Positions 38,206 through 46,465 of a DNA stretch of 64,000 bases are shown here, one piece after another; the first letter of the stretch is position 1, and the number at the start of each line of letters is the position of its first letter. Position numbers and translations under genes: made by a program. The notes beneath the pieces are model-generated. The model was not told where the DNA came from. It was given only the letters and a program-made list of their open reading frames with translations, and ran no database searches. The stretch lies in NCBI GenBank assembly GCA_045538055.1, contig JAZSQQ010000077.1:20365-84364 (forward strand), written 5' to 3'. The stretch comes from Acutalibacteraceae bacterium. GTDB lineage: Bacteria; Bacillota; Clostridia; Oscillospirales; Acutalibacteraceae.

Positions 38206-38480
38206 CCTAGGGAAACAGTGCAAATCCGAACCCGTCTGAAAGCTGTTCTGGTCGTAGCTTTTTGGACGAATCGGGTTTGAATGGCGCAAGCCTTACTGTA
38301 TCCCATAAGCCACCGAAACGCCAAGAGAATCTTATTTCGGAAGTGAAGATTTTTACGGAGCTTTTCGGTACATAACTTCAAAACGCAACAGATTCTTTTG
38401 AATTTGCAGAAGTTTTAACGAAGGGACGGCAGAAATCCACCCAAAACAAACGGGCTCGGATTTTAACTGTTTCCCTAAGC
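38206..38480. repeat. 275-bp intergenic element bounded by imperfect inverted repeats of about 29 bp, between the tip adhesin and major pilin genes
   Basis: CCTAGGGAAACAGTGCAAATCCGAACCCG (38206-38234) against CGGGCTCGGATTTTAACTGTTTCCCTAAGC (38451-38480). A 12-bp perfect block (TAGGGAAACAGT) and a 9-bp block (AAATCCGA + CCCG) are separated by a 2x2 mismatch. Confidence 0.7.
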
Positions 38481-38543
38481 TAAAACCGATTGCGGCGGAA
38501 AAAACAAAAATTGCAAATTAAATTATAGAAAGGAAGTAAGATT

Positions 38544-40085
38544 ATGAAAAAATTATTTGCAGTTTTAGTAGCAATGGCTCTCGTTCTCACAATGGGAACA
38601 ACATTCGCATTCGCAGCGGGTGAAACAGGCACAATCACAATCAACCATGCTGTGACAGGCGCTGTTTACGAAGCTTACAAAATGCTTGACTTTGAACCGT
38701 CTAAGACAGCAGACCAGGGTATCTACACAATCGCAGATGATAAGTGGGATGCATTCTTCGAAACAGGAGAAGGCGCAAACTACTTTGATGTAACAGTACA
38801 GGGCGATGATAAGGTAGTTACACTCAAAGAAGATGTTGACGAAGTTGACCAGACTCTTGCAAAGGCAGCAATTGCTTACGCTAAGGCTAACTCTATTGCT
38901 CCTACAGCAACAGCACCGGAAGATGCACCGGCAACAAGTCCGGAGGAAACAAAAGTAACATTCGAGAATCTTCCGCTCGGTTACTATGCAATTGACACTT
39001 CACTCGGTACTCTTTGTGCAATTACAAACACAGACTCAGACGAAGACATCTGGGAAAAGAACGGCCAGCCGGGTATCGACAAGTACGTTCAGGAAGACAG
39101 CCTTGCAACACAGCCCACAGGCGGTTGGCAGAAGGTAAACGATGCTGACATCGGTCAGGTTGTTAACTACAAGTCAACAATCACAGTTGGCGAAGGCGTT
39201 ACAAACTATGTAATGCACGATAAGATGGAAGACGGTCTTACATTTATCGAAGACAGTGTAGAGGTTAAGATCGGTGACCAGGTTGTTTATCCGCCAAACT
39301 ACACAGTAGTTGTTGATCCTGATGACGGTGACACCTTTGATATCGTGTTCGAGGATGATTTCATTCTTGGTCTTGCAAAGAATTCAACATTCACAGTTTA
39401 CTACTCAGCAACTCTTGATGAGGACGCAGTTATCGGTAACGTAGAAAACGGTAACGAAAACGAAGTTTACCTTTCATACGGTGAAAACAACAGATGGGAA
39501 ACATCTAAGGATAACACATCAACATTCACATGGAAGATTGATATCTCCAAGGTTGACGGCGAAACAAAAGACAAGCTTGCAGGTGCTGAATTCGAACTTT
39601 ACAACACTGATCCTGAGGCTGAAGGCGCAACACCCATTAAGCTTGTAAAGATCAGCGACGGTTCTGTTGCTGAAGACGGCACAGTTACACCCGCAGTTTA
39701 CGAAGTTTATGACGGTACAGCTGAAGTAGAAACAACTACTACAATCGTAACTGATGCAAGCGGTGAGTTCTATGTACAGGGTCTTGACGAAGGTACATAT
39801 TACCTCAAGGAAACAAAAGCTCCTGAAGGATATAATATGCTTCCTGACCCCGAAACAATTACAATCGCAAGCACATACAATGAGGCTGATAAAGCTAACC
39901 TTCAGGCTGACTACACAGTTAACGGAAGTACTCCTGCAGTAATTGAAATTGAAAATAACTCCGGTTCATTGCTTCCTGAAACAGGCGGCATCGGTACAAC
40001 AATTTTCTACGTTGTAGGCGGTCTCCTTATGGTAGGTGCTGTTGTATTCCTCGTTTCCAAGAAGAGAATGGCAACATTTGCTTGA
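38544..40085 (+). CDS. Major pilin (LPXTG-anchored, CnaB/SpaA-type)
   Basis: 513 aa with an AAAGGAAG RBS. Signal peptide MKKLFAVLVAMALVLTMGTTFAFA. Pilin-motif-like IWEKNGQPGIDKYV. CnaB-like LAGAEFELYN...GTYYLKETKAPEGYNML. Sorting signal LPETGG, then a TM segment, then KKRMATFA. Confidence 0.85.
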   Translation: MKKLFAVLVAMALVLTMGTTFAFAAGETGTITINHAVTGAVYEAYKMLDFEPSKTADQGIYTIADDKWDAFFETGEGANYFDVTVQGDDKVVTLKEDVDEVDQTLAKAAIAYAKANSIAPTATAPEDAPATSPEETKVTFENLPLGYYAIDTSLGTLCAITNTDSDEDIWEKNGQPGIDKYVQEDSLATQPTGGWQKVNDADIGQVVNYKSTITVGEGVTNYVMHDKMEDGLTFIEDSVEVKIGDQVVYPPNYTVVVDPDDGDTFDIVFEDDFILGLAKNSTFTVYYSATLDEDAVIGNVENGNENEVYLSYGENNRWETSKDNTSTFTWKIDISKVDGETKDKLAGAEFELYNTDPEAEGATPIKLVKISDGSVAEDGTVTPAVYEVYDGTAEVETTTTIVTDASGEFYVQGLDEGTYYLKETKAPEGYNMLPDPETITIASTYNEADKANLQADYTVNGSTPAVIEIENNSGSLLPETGGIGTTIFYVVGGLLMVGAVVFLVSKKRMATFA

Positions 40086-40300
40086 AAGGATAAAGAATCG
40101 GACGATTCTGAGGAATCAGAAGATTCTGATACTTCCGAAGAATCCTAAGATTCCCGCAGCAGCTGCTGCACAGTAAAAACTCAACCCCTGCCGGCCTTGT
40201 GCCGGTGGGGGCGAATGAAAAAACATTTAAAATTCTGACCGTTGTTATCGAATTCTCGGTGGTAACGTTGAAAATTTTAAAATGAATCAAGAGATAAGCT

Positions 40301-41293
40301 ATGGAAGAGAAAAAAACTAAAAAGAAAATAAAGAAGAAAAAAGCCCCGAAAAAGAAAAGCGGACTCACCTCTACAATAGTACTGGTAGCAATCTTTTTTA
40401 TCGGGTTATGTGTTCTGCTTTATCCGACGATAAGTGACTTCTGGAACGAGAAAAGACAGTCCAAGGCAATTATGAACTATGATGAGTTGCTTGTTGACCT
40501 CACTCCCGAAGATTTTGCGGAATACTTTGAAAAAGCAGATAACTATAACCGTAAGCTTCGTCGTATGAACGCACCGATGTCGGGTTATTCCGCACTTGAA
40601 AAGGAATACTACTCAACGCTCGACATCAACGGTGACGGAATGATGGGTTACATCACTATTGAAAAAATCAAGGTGCAGCTGCCCATTTACCACGGCACAA
40701 GCGCAAAAGTTCTTAACTCTGCTGTCGGTCACGTTGAGGGCACAAGCCTGCCTGTCGGTGGCGAGAATACGCACGCTGTTCTTTCTGCTCACCGTGGTCT
40801 GCCGTCTGCAAAGCTTTTTACAAACCTTGACAAAGTCGAGGTCGGCGACGTATTCACAGTAACAATCCTCGACCGCACAATTACTTACCAGGTTGACCAG
40901 ATACGTGTTGTTCTGCCGAACAAAACAGAGGATCTTCAGATTCAGAAAGGTGAAGATTTCTGTACCCTTGTAACCTGTACGCCTTACGGTATCAATACTC
41001 ACCGAATGCTCGTCAGGGGAACAAGAATTGAGAATATCGAAGAAGCAAAGAAGATAAACGTTATTACGGAAGCTTACCTTGTTGACCCGTTCATCGTAAC
41101 TCCTGCCGTTGCGGCTCCGATGCTTGGCGGACTTCTTATCTTCCTTATGGTTAAGTCTTCAAAGGAAAAAAAGCTTAACGAGGCAAAGCAGAGAGAGAAA
41201 GCAAAAAACAACGGTCAGGAACTTCCCGAAGAACCGAAAAAGAAAGAAAAGAAATTAAAGAAAACTAAAAAGAATAAAAAGAATGAAAAATAA
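40301..41293 (+). CDS. Class C (pilin-polymerising) sortase
   Basis: 330 aa. N- and C-terminal TM segments. VLSAHRG (His), TLVTCTPYGINTHRMLVRG (the TLxTC Cys and the Arg). Confidence 0.85.
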   Translation: MEEKKTKKKIKKKKAPKKKSGLTSTIVLVAIFFIGLCVLLYPTISDFWNEKRQSKAIMNYDELLVDLTPEDFAEYFEKADNYNRKLRRMNAPMSGYSALEKEYYSTLDINGDGMMGYITIEKIKVQLPIYHGTSAKVLNSAVGHVEGTSLPVGGENTHAVLSAHRGLPSAKLFTNLDKVEVGDVFTVTILDRTITYQVDQIRVVLPNKTEDLQIQKGEDFCTLVTCTPYGINTHRMLVRGTRIENIEEAKKINVITEAYLVDPFIVTPAVAAPMLGGLLIFLMVKSSKEKKLNEAKQREKAKNNGQELPEEPKKKEKKLKKTKKNKKNEK

Positions 41294-41319
41294 ATTCAAA
41301 AAGAAAGGTGGTTAAAGGA

Positions 41320-42300
41320 ATGAAAATCAGAAAGATTGTATCGCTTGTTGCAATACTCATATCTTTTGCGATTGTTGCGTTTACTCTGTCTGCAACAGCT
41401 GCCGCTTTTCTTGACAAAAACGGAAGCGTAACTCTCCGCGTTACGGATTCAGAAACAGACATACCGCTGAAAAACGTAGCGTTCCGTCTTTACTTTGTTG
41501 CACGTGCATATGAAAGCGGAAACTCAATTCGTTATGAACTGATTCCACCGTATGACGAAAGCAAAATCGGAATAGACGATCTGCAGGACGCATCCTTGCC
41601 CATTCATCTTGCATATTTCGCAGAGTCCCGTTCTTTGCCATACACAGAAAAGAGCACGGATGAAAACGGTGTTCTCGTTTTTGAAGACCTTACACCGGGG
41701 TTGTATCTCATAGTTCCTGCTCAGGAGATTGAGGGCTGTTATATGCCGTCGCCGTTTGTTGTAAGCGTTCCCGAATACGACACAGTAAATAAAACTTGGG
41801 TGTTCGATGTTGACGCTTCTCCGAAAATTATCGGAGGTGTCGTTGACGGGGATGAGGATACTTATATAAGCGTTGTTAAAAAGTGGAAAACAGAAAAAGA
41901 AATCCCCGAAAAAATTACAATTGTCCTTCTTCGTGATTTCAAAGAATTTGCAAAAATCGAGCTGAACGAAGATAACAATTGGCATTACCGCTGGGACGGC
42001 CTTTCAAAGGATTTCGTCTGGAGTGTTGTTGAATCGCAGGTCCCCGACGGATACAAGGTTTGTTACGAAACCTCGTCTAACACAGTTACAATCATCAACA
42101 AGTATAACGAAGAAGGTACAACCGAACCGGGTGAGGGAACGACCCGACCGTCAGATGGCGAAGAAGATGACGACGGCAAGGATGACCTCGCTGATACGGG
42201 TCAGCTCAATTGGCCGATACCTGTTTTTGCAGTCGCAGGACTTTTACTCTTCAGCATCGGCTGGGCTGTATTGAATTTCGGTAAAAAAGAAAACGAATAA
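41320..42300 (+). CDS. Minor or basal pilin with CnaB-type domains and an LADTG sorting signal
   Basis: I prefer the ATG at 41320, which has a GGTGG RBS. Signal peptide present. LKNVAFRLYF...GVLVFEDLTPGLYLIVPAQ, VVKKWKTEKE...VPDGYKV. C-terminus LADTG, then a TM segment, then GKKENE. Confidence 0.8.
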   Translation: MKIRKIVSLVAILISFAIVAFTLSATAAAFLDKNGSVTLRVTDSETDIPLKNVAFRLYFVARAYESGNSIRYELIPPYDESKIGIDDLQDASLPIHLAYFAESRSLPYTEKSTDENGVLVFEDLTPGLYLIVPAQEIEGCYMPSPFVVSVPEYDTVNKTWVFDVDASPKIIGGVVDGDEDTYISVVKKWKTEKEIPEKITIVLLRDFKEFAKIELNEDNNWHYRWDGLSKDFVWSVVESQVPDGYKVCYETSSNTVTIINKYNEEGTTEPGEGTTRPSDGEEDDDGKDDLADTGQLNWPIPVFAVAGLLLFSIGWAVLNFGKKENE

Positions 42301-42320
42301 ACAGAAAGGGGAGCAATTGC

Positions 42321-42899
42321 ATGAAGAGAAAAGTCGGTATTTCGCTTATAACGATAGGACTGATTCTCATTTTCTGTGCGGCAGCTCTCCTTGTTTACAA
42401 CAATTACGAAAACCGTAGAGCCAAGGAGCATACAGATGCTTTGATGGGTTCTATTGCAGATGAAATCAACAGCAATCATTCAGGTGATGTTGACCCGTTT
42501 GATAAGGAAATGAAGGTTGTTGACATCAACGGATACGGATATATCGGATATATTTCTGTGCCTAACCTGAAAATCGATCTTCCTGTTATGTCTGAGCTGG
42601 ATCAGGGACGACTGAAAATAGCTCCCTGCCGCTATTACGGTTCAACAAAAACAGATAATCTTGTTATCGCCGCACATAATTACAGAAGTCACTTCGGATA
42701 TCTCGGAAGACTTGATATCGGATCTGCAATTTCTTTCACTGATATGGAGGGGAAGAAAAAATCTTACACCGTCACATCGGTTGAAATCCTGCAACCTTCT
42801 GATTCCGATAAAGTAAAGGATACGGGAGACGATCTTATTCTGTATACCTGTACGTACCGAGGTGTCAGCAGAATTGTTGTAAGGTGTTCTGAAGTATAA
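42321..42899 (+). CDS. Second, small sortase (housekeeping or anchoring type)
   Basis: 192 aa. N-terminal TM segment, IAAHNY (His), LILYTCTYRG (Cys), SRIVVRC (Arg). Confidence 0.75.
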   Translation: MKRKVGISLITIGLILIFCAAALLVYNNYENRRAKEHTDALMGSIADEINSNHSGDVDPFDKEMKVVDINGYGYIGYISVPNLKIDLPVMSELDQGRLKIAPCRYYGSTKTDNLVIAAHNYRSHFGYLGRLDIGSAISFTDMEGKKKSYTVTSVEILQPSDSDKVKDTGDDLILYTCTYRGVSRIVVRCSEV

Positions 42900-42901
42900 A
42901 A

Positions 42902-42937
42902 ACAAACAACCGAGATCGTTAGATCTCGGTTGTTTGT
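42902..42937 (+). terminator. Strong hairpin terminator closing the pilus operon
   Basis: ACAAACAACCGAGATC-GTTA-GATCTCGGTTGTTTGT, a 16-bp perfect stem, followed by TGT. Confidence 0.7.
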
Positions 42938-42967
42938 TGTAATGAAGAGCTTTGTTATACAAAACTC

Positions 42968-42977
42968 ATTCCCACTC
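42968..42977. repeat. att core copy 2 (10 nt)
   Basis: ATTCCCACTC, followed by the same arm sequence (ACTTAAGTTCG...) as at 32330. Confidence 0.7.
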
Positions 42978-43230
42978 ACTTAAGTTCGTTATTTTAAATT
43001 TTATGAAACCGCGTAAGATCAAGCTTTTTTAAAAGTCGGGACAGGGCAAAAAGACCACTTTTGACCACTTGATACTGTACTTTCAGTATCACCGACACTT
43101 TTGCCGGGCCGAAAAGCAACCCCATTTACCAAAAAATCTTCATTTCACAATTGCAAATGGATTGTACCACACAAAAAGCCAAATGTCAACACTTTAAAGC
43201 AATGAAGTTAAATGTGTTTGTTGTTATTCT
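42968..43230 (+). repeat. Copy 2 of the direct repeat of about 265 bp (left arm of element B)
   Basis: See 32319-32594. Contains TGATACTG (43070) and CAGTATCA (43084). Confidence 0.85.
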
Positions 43231-43254
43231 TACATAGCTAATTATCATAGTTAA

Positions 43255-45759
43255 TCATGCATTTTTAAAAGTTTCCATATAATTTGCAACAATATCGGTA
43301 CTTCTCAATTTATATTGAGTTATCAAGGTATTAATTCTACTTTCATCTAACCAGTTGTCATTTTGAGAAACAGCAATCACAAATTCATTCACATTCCTTT
43401 TAAGTGAATCAAGTTTATCAGGTGTAATAATCATCATATTAGGAATAGAAGTTGCTTGCCTATCAATAATTGTTGATTTGTGAACCATTATAGGGGTTGC
43501 TGAATAAAGATCACCATATTCAGCATCAAACCATCTTATAGAACCACCTAATTGATTACAATAATCTTTTGAAATTGTTTCTGAAACAGCTGCACTTTTA
43601 CATTCAATTACAAAATATTTGTTGTTTCCGACGGCCCAAAGATTATCAGGACCTTCTCCACAAGTCTCTTTATCTGGACGAGTTGATACAAAACCGATCA
43701 TTTCACCAATGGTTTGCAATGCATTCTCGAATTCATCAGCGTCAGCCGAAAACACAAGAGAAGAAGAGATTGCATTTGCATGGATTACATAATCGTTTTG
43801 TGAAATTTTATTTTTTTCTATATACTCACATACAGCCTTAGCTTGAGCAATATTATTGATTGATTTATCGTATCTAATTCCGTTAATAGGAGCAAGAGTG
43901 CTAATATTAACCGATCTTCCCGCCAGTAAAATTTGCTGCGCTCTTGATCCATCGATAAAATTCATAAATTTTGCTTTTGTTTGCAACAGATAACCTTTAG
44001 TCGATTTGGTTGCTTCACGATTAATAACTTGATCAATAAAATCAACAGATTTTTGCCATTGTAACATCATAGCAGAATCATACGCATTGCGTAAAGCGAG
44101 TGTATTATCATCAAACTGTGGTTCTGTTGAATACATAACACTAGATAAACGCTCTTTACTTTTTTGTATCCATTCAACATTCCTATTAAGTGAAAAATAT
44201 GCTAAGTCAAACACATCATCAACAGTAGGCTTGGGATTTTCTTCTTTTAACAACCACCACAACTCTTTTGATAAATTATATTGTTCTCTTGTAGCGTTAC
44301 TAAAAAATGATACTCCATTACTTCTAAGTAAGATATCAGCAAGATTATCACCCATTAAAACAACGCAACAAGAGTCACTATTTGACCTAACGCCTCGTCC
44401 CATTCCTTGCTCAATTCGCTGTATCTGTTCTCTTCTTAGAATGTTACTAGATGGATCTATACTTTGTATGTATTTGTCTTTTTCATTTCTTAAAGGTGGC
44501 AAGCCATCAATGATCAACATCCTACAGGCATCATCCGGCAAATCAATCCCATCATATCTATTAACAAAAACAAAAAGTCCAACATGATTATTTTTTAATG
44601 AGCTAACGAATTTATCTATATTGTCTTTTGTTGCAGTCCTCAAACCATCTGGATCCCAATATTTTGCCCTATCAAACGAAGGTACAATAACAACAACATT
44701 GAAATCTTGAGCAATTGAAAGCACCTTATTTTTGATATCGTCATTTGTTATTTCGTTATTGAGATGCCTAGGAAAAAGAATTAGCCTATCACCAATATCG
44801 TTTGCATTATCTGGCGATATCACCCCGCGCACATCTTCTTTATGTAAGCCAATTGCAGAAATAAAAACACTATCATCTGAAAGCGTTGCGCTCATAAAGA
44901 TTCTTCTTTGAGCATTCATAAAACTTTGAATTTTTGAAATAGAGATTCCCTCTGGTATTATTTCAATATATCTTGATGTTACGAAACAATCACAAGTTTT
45001 TAAAGAGTCATCAATCAAAGGCAGATTAAAATAAATGCAACGATTTGCTTCTTCATCGGTATTATACTTGGAAAGTAAAGTGTATACTTCCGCCTGCTTT
45101 TCTTGCCACATCCAAAATGGAATAATAAAGTTTTTTGACAAATCACTATTTTTTACAATATTAATGTATGAACTGCTATTATAACTTTTCCATTGTTCAG
45201 CAAATAAAGCAATTAGTTCCTTATAAAGATTATGCGTGGACGGTATTTTTACGGAGAATTGAGTTGTAATTGTATCAAAACAAGCATGAACATCATCCAT
45301 TAAAATACTACCAATAGGATAATTAGTTGTTTGTCTCATTCCAAAAACGCTGTGTCCATTAACCAAAGAAAAAATAGACATAACTAATATTGCCTTGTTC
45401 TCAGTATAGGCATAGTCCTCTCTATTCGTTACTGCTTGTATTCCAAGTTTTTTTGCTTCGTCGCATACTTGATCTACTAGATAATTATCTGGCACAACAT
45501 ATACAGCCGGACCTTTTCCTTCATTTAAACAACTTTGTAATATCATTAATCCAACAACAGTTTTTCCACTACCTGTATTCATTTTAATGATACAGTTTTT
45601 TTCGTTTCTTACATCGAACCATTTTTTCCACACCTCAGATTGAACATCCCTTGGATACTCGTATCTTTTGTCTTTCTGTGGCAAAGCCATAAAAATTTCT
45701 CTTGGTTCAATAGGAACAGATTTAGTTGTTCCACTTAGTTTAGAAAGTAATGAAGTCAT
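43255..45759 (-). CDS. SF2 DEAD/DEAH-type helicase fused to a C-terminal PD-(D/E)xK-like nuclease (single-gene helicase-nuclease defence candidate, Hna-like architecture)
   Basis: 834 aa with a GGAGGA RBS. Motif I MNTGSGKTVVG, motif II ILMDDVHAC, motif III FMSATLSD, motif VI EQGMGRGVRS. C-terminus has GPDNLWAVGNNKYFVIECKS (D...E-x-K). Confidence 0.75.
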   Translation of the reverse strand: MTSLLSKLSGTTKSVPIEPREIFMALPQKDKRYEYPRDVQSEVWKKWFDVRNEKNCIIKMNTGSGKTVVGLMILQSCLNEGKGPAVYVVPDNYLVDQVCDEAKKLGIQAVTNREDYAYTENKAILVMSIFSLVNGHSVFGMRQTTNYPIGSILMDDVHACFDTITTQFSVKIPSTHNLYKELIALFAEQWKSYNSSSYINIVKNSDLSKNFIIPFWMWQEKQAEVYTLLSKYNTDEEANRCIYFNLPLIDDSLKTCDCFVTSRYIEIIPEGISISKIQSFMNAQRRIFMSATLSDDSVFISAIGLHKEDVRGVISPDNANDIGDRLILFPRHLNNEITNDDIKNKVLSIAQDFNVVVIVPSFDRAKYWDPDGLRTATKDNIDKFVSSLKNNHVGLFVFVNRYDGIDLPDDACRMLIIDGLPPLRNEKDKYIQSIDPSSNILRREQIQRIEQGMGRGVRSNSDSCCVVLMGDNLADILLRSNGVSFFSNATREQYNLSKELWWLLKEENPKPTVDDVFDLAYFSLNRNVEWIQKSKERLSSVMYSTEPQFDDNTLALRNAYDSAMMLQWQKSVDFIDQVINREATKSTKGYLLQTKAKFMNFIDGSRAQQILLAGRSVNISTLAPINGIRYDKSINNIAQAKAVCEYIEKNKISQNDYVIHANAISSSLVFSADADEFENALQTIGEMIGFVSTRPDKETCGEGPDNLWAVGNNKYFVIECKSAAVSETISKDYCNQLGGSIRWFDAEYGDLYSATPIMVHKSTIIDRQATSIPNMMIITPDKLDSLKRNVNEFVIAVSQNDNWLDESRINTLITQYKLRSTDIVANYMETFKNA

Positions 45760-45816
45760 AAATAATCCTCCTAGTTGATTGGTCTTTTGCGCAAAACGTA
45801 TCCTTTATTGTATTTG

Positions 45817-45885
45817 TTATTTTAACTTTTTGCACAGCTACAGAATTTGCTCAAGTTTAGCAACAATGCGTTTTTATTGGTAGAA
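45817..45885 (-). pseudogene. Orphan remnant of an hsdS 3' conserved tail
   Basis: The minus strand reads AAACGCATTGTTGCTAAACTTGAGCAAATTCTGTAGCTGTGCAAAAAGTTAAAATAA, which translates as KRIVAKLEQIL*LCKKLK*. The intact hsdS tail at 46466-46525 reads KRIVAKLEEILPLCERLK*. About 70% nucleotide identity by eye. Confidence 0.7.
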
Positions 45886-45903
45886 AAATATTCTTTGTCG
45901 TGA

Positions 45904-46458
45904 CTATCCTCGTTCTTTTTTTGTGTACACATAATCTTTTTTATCTTCGTCTGCGTGCATACATGTAGCTACAACATAATCATTGCCTACAAAATCCATA
46001 TATGCAAGCCAATCTTTCAACTCAATTCTGTAAAGCATTTTGTTTCTGTCATAGTCAGAAGAAACATAAAAGCCGTCAATTGCACCATTATCATTATAGG
46101 ATAAAAAGAAAACATATGAATGAATCAGCCAATTACATATATCAGCACCAGATTTTGTATACGTTTCTTCGTGCCCCCAATTATGCGTATCGTCATCAGG
46201 CCATCTATGCATTAAATCGATTTCTTTTGTGGGGCGAACACCCTTCAAATGGAATGTATACTCATCTACTTCATCGCTAACCTTCCCTTTGCAATCAATC
46301 AGCTTTCTGATAATAAATGCGGAATAAAAGATTGCTTTCTCTATAACTGTGTATGCTCGATCATACTCTTCAGCAAGAAGCTCAGCACGATTATATTTTT
46401 GAATAAGTCGTCTTCTTCGTAACAAGTCTTGCTTCCACGGATAGCTTTCGTAAATCAT
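45904..46458 (-). CDS. Hypothetical 184-aa protein lodged between hsdS and the duplicated hsdS tail
   Basis: The ORF starts 7 nt after the hsdS stop. No recognisable motif (MIYESYPWKQDLLRRRRLIQKYN...). Confidence 0.6.
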   Translation of the reverse strand: MIYESYPWKQDLLRRRRLIQKYNRAELLAEEYDRAYTVIEKAIFYSAFIIRKLIDCKGKVSDEVDEYTFHLKGVRPTKEIDLMHRWPDDDTHNWGHEETYTKSGADICNWLIHSYVFFLSYNDNGAIDGFYVSSDYDRNKMLYRIELKDWLAYMDFVGNDYVVATCMHADEDKKDYVYTKKERG

Positions 46459-46465
46459 AATACAA

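Larger units (their letters stand above)
32318..42977. mobile_element. Integrase-less island bounded by att core copies (CIME-like) carrying a sortase-dependent pilus operon
   Basis: Core copies at both ends. The left arm is homologous to the left arm of element B. No recombinase, relaxase or replication genes inside. GC is visibly higher (about 43-45% in sampled lines) than in 1-28 kb. Confidence 0.6.

Noticed and set aside
38206-38480. Possible c-di-GMP riboswitch upstream of the pilin gene (GCAAATCC..., GGACGAA..., GGCGCAAGCC resemble pieces of the GEMM consensus as I remember it)
   Set aside because: I could not reconstruct the P1/P2 architecture or the conserved tetraloop-receptor elements. 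The resemblance is limited to short fragments. A cmsearch with the c-di-GMP-I and -II models would settle it.
40086-40148. In-frame acidic extension (KDKESDDSEESEDSDTSEES) immediately after the TGA stop of the major pilin
   Set aside because: It lies beyond the sorting signal, which the sortase removes, so read-through would have no obvious consequence. It is probably a relic or chance low-complexity sequence. It is followed by a GC-rich hairpin without a U-run (40188-40213), which may attenuate transcription into the sortase gene.
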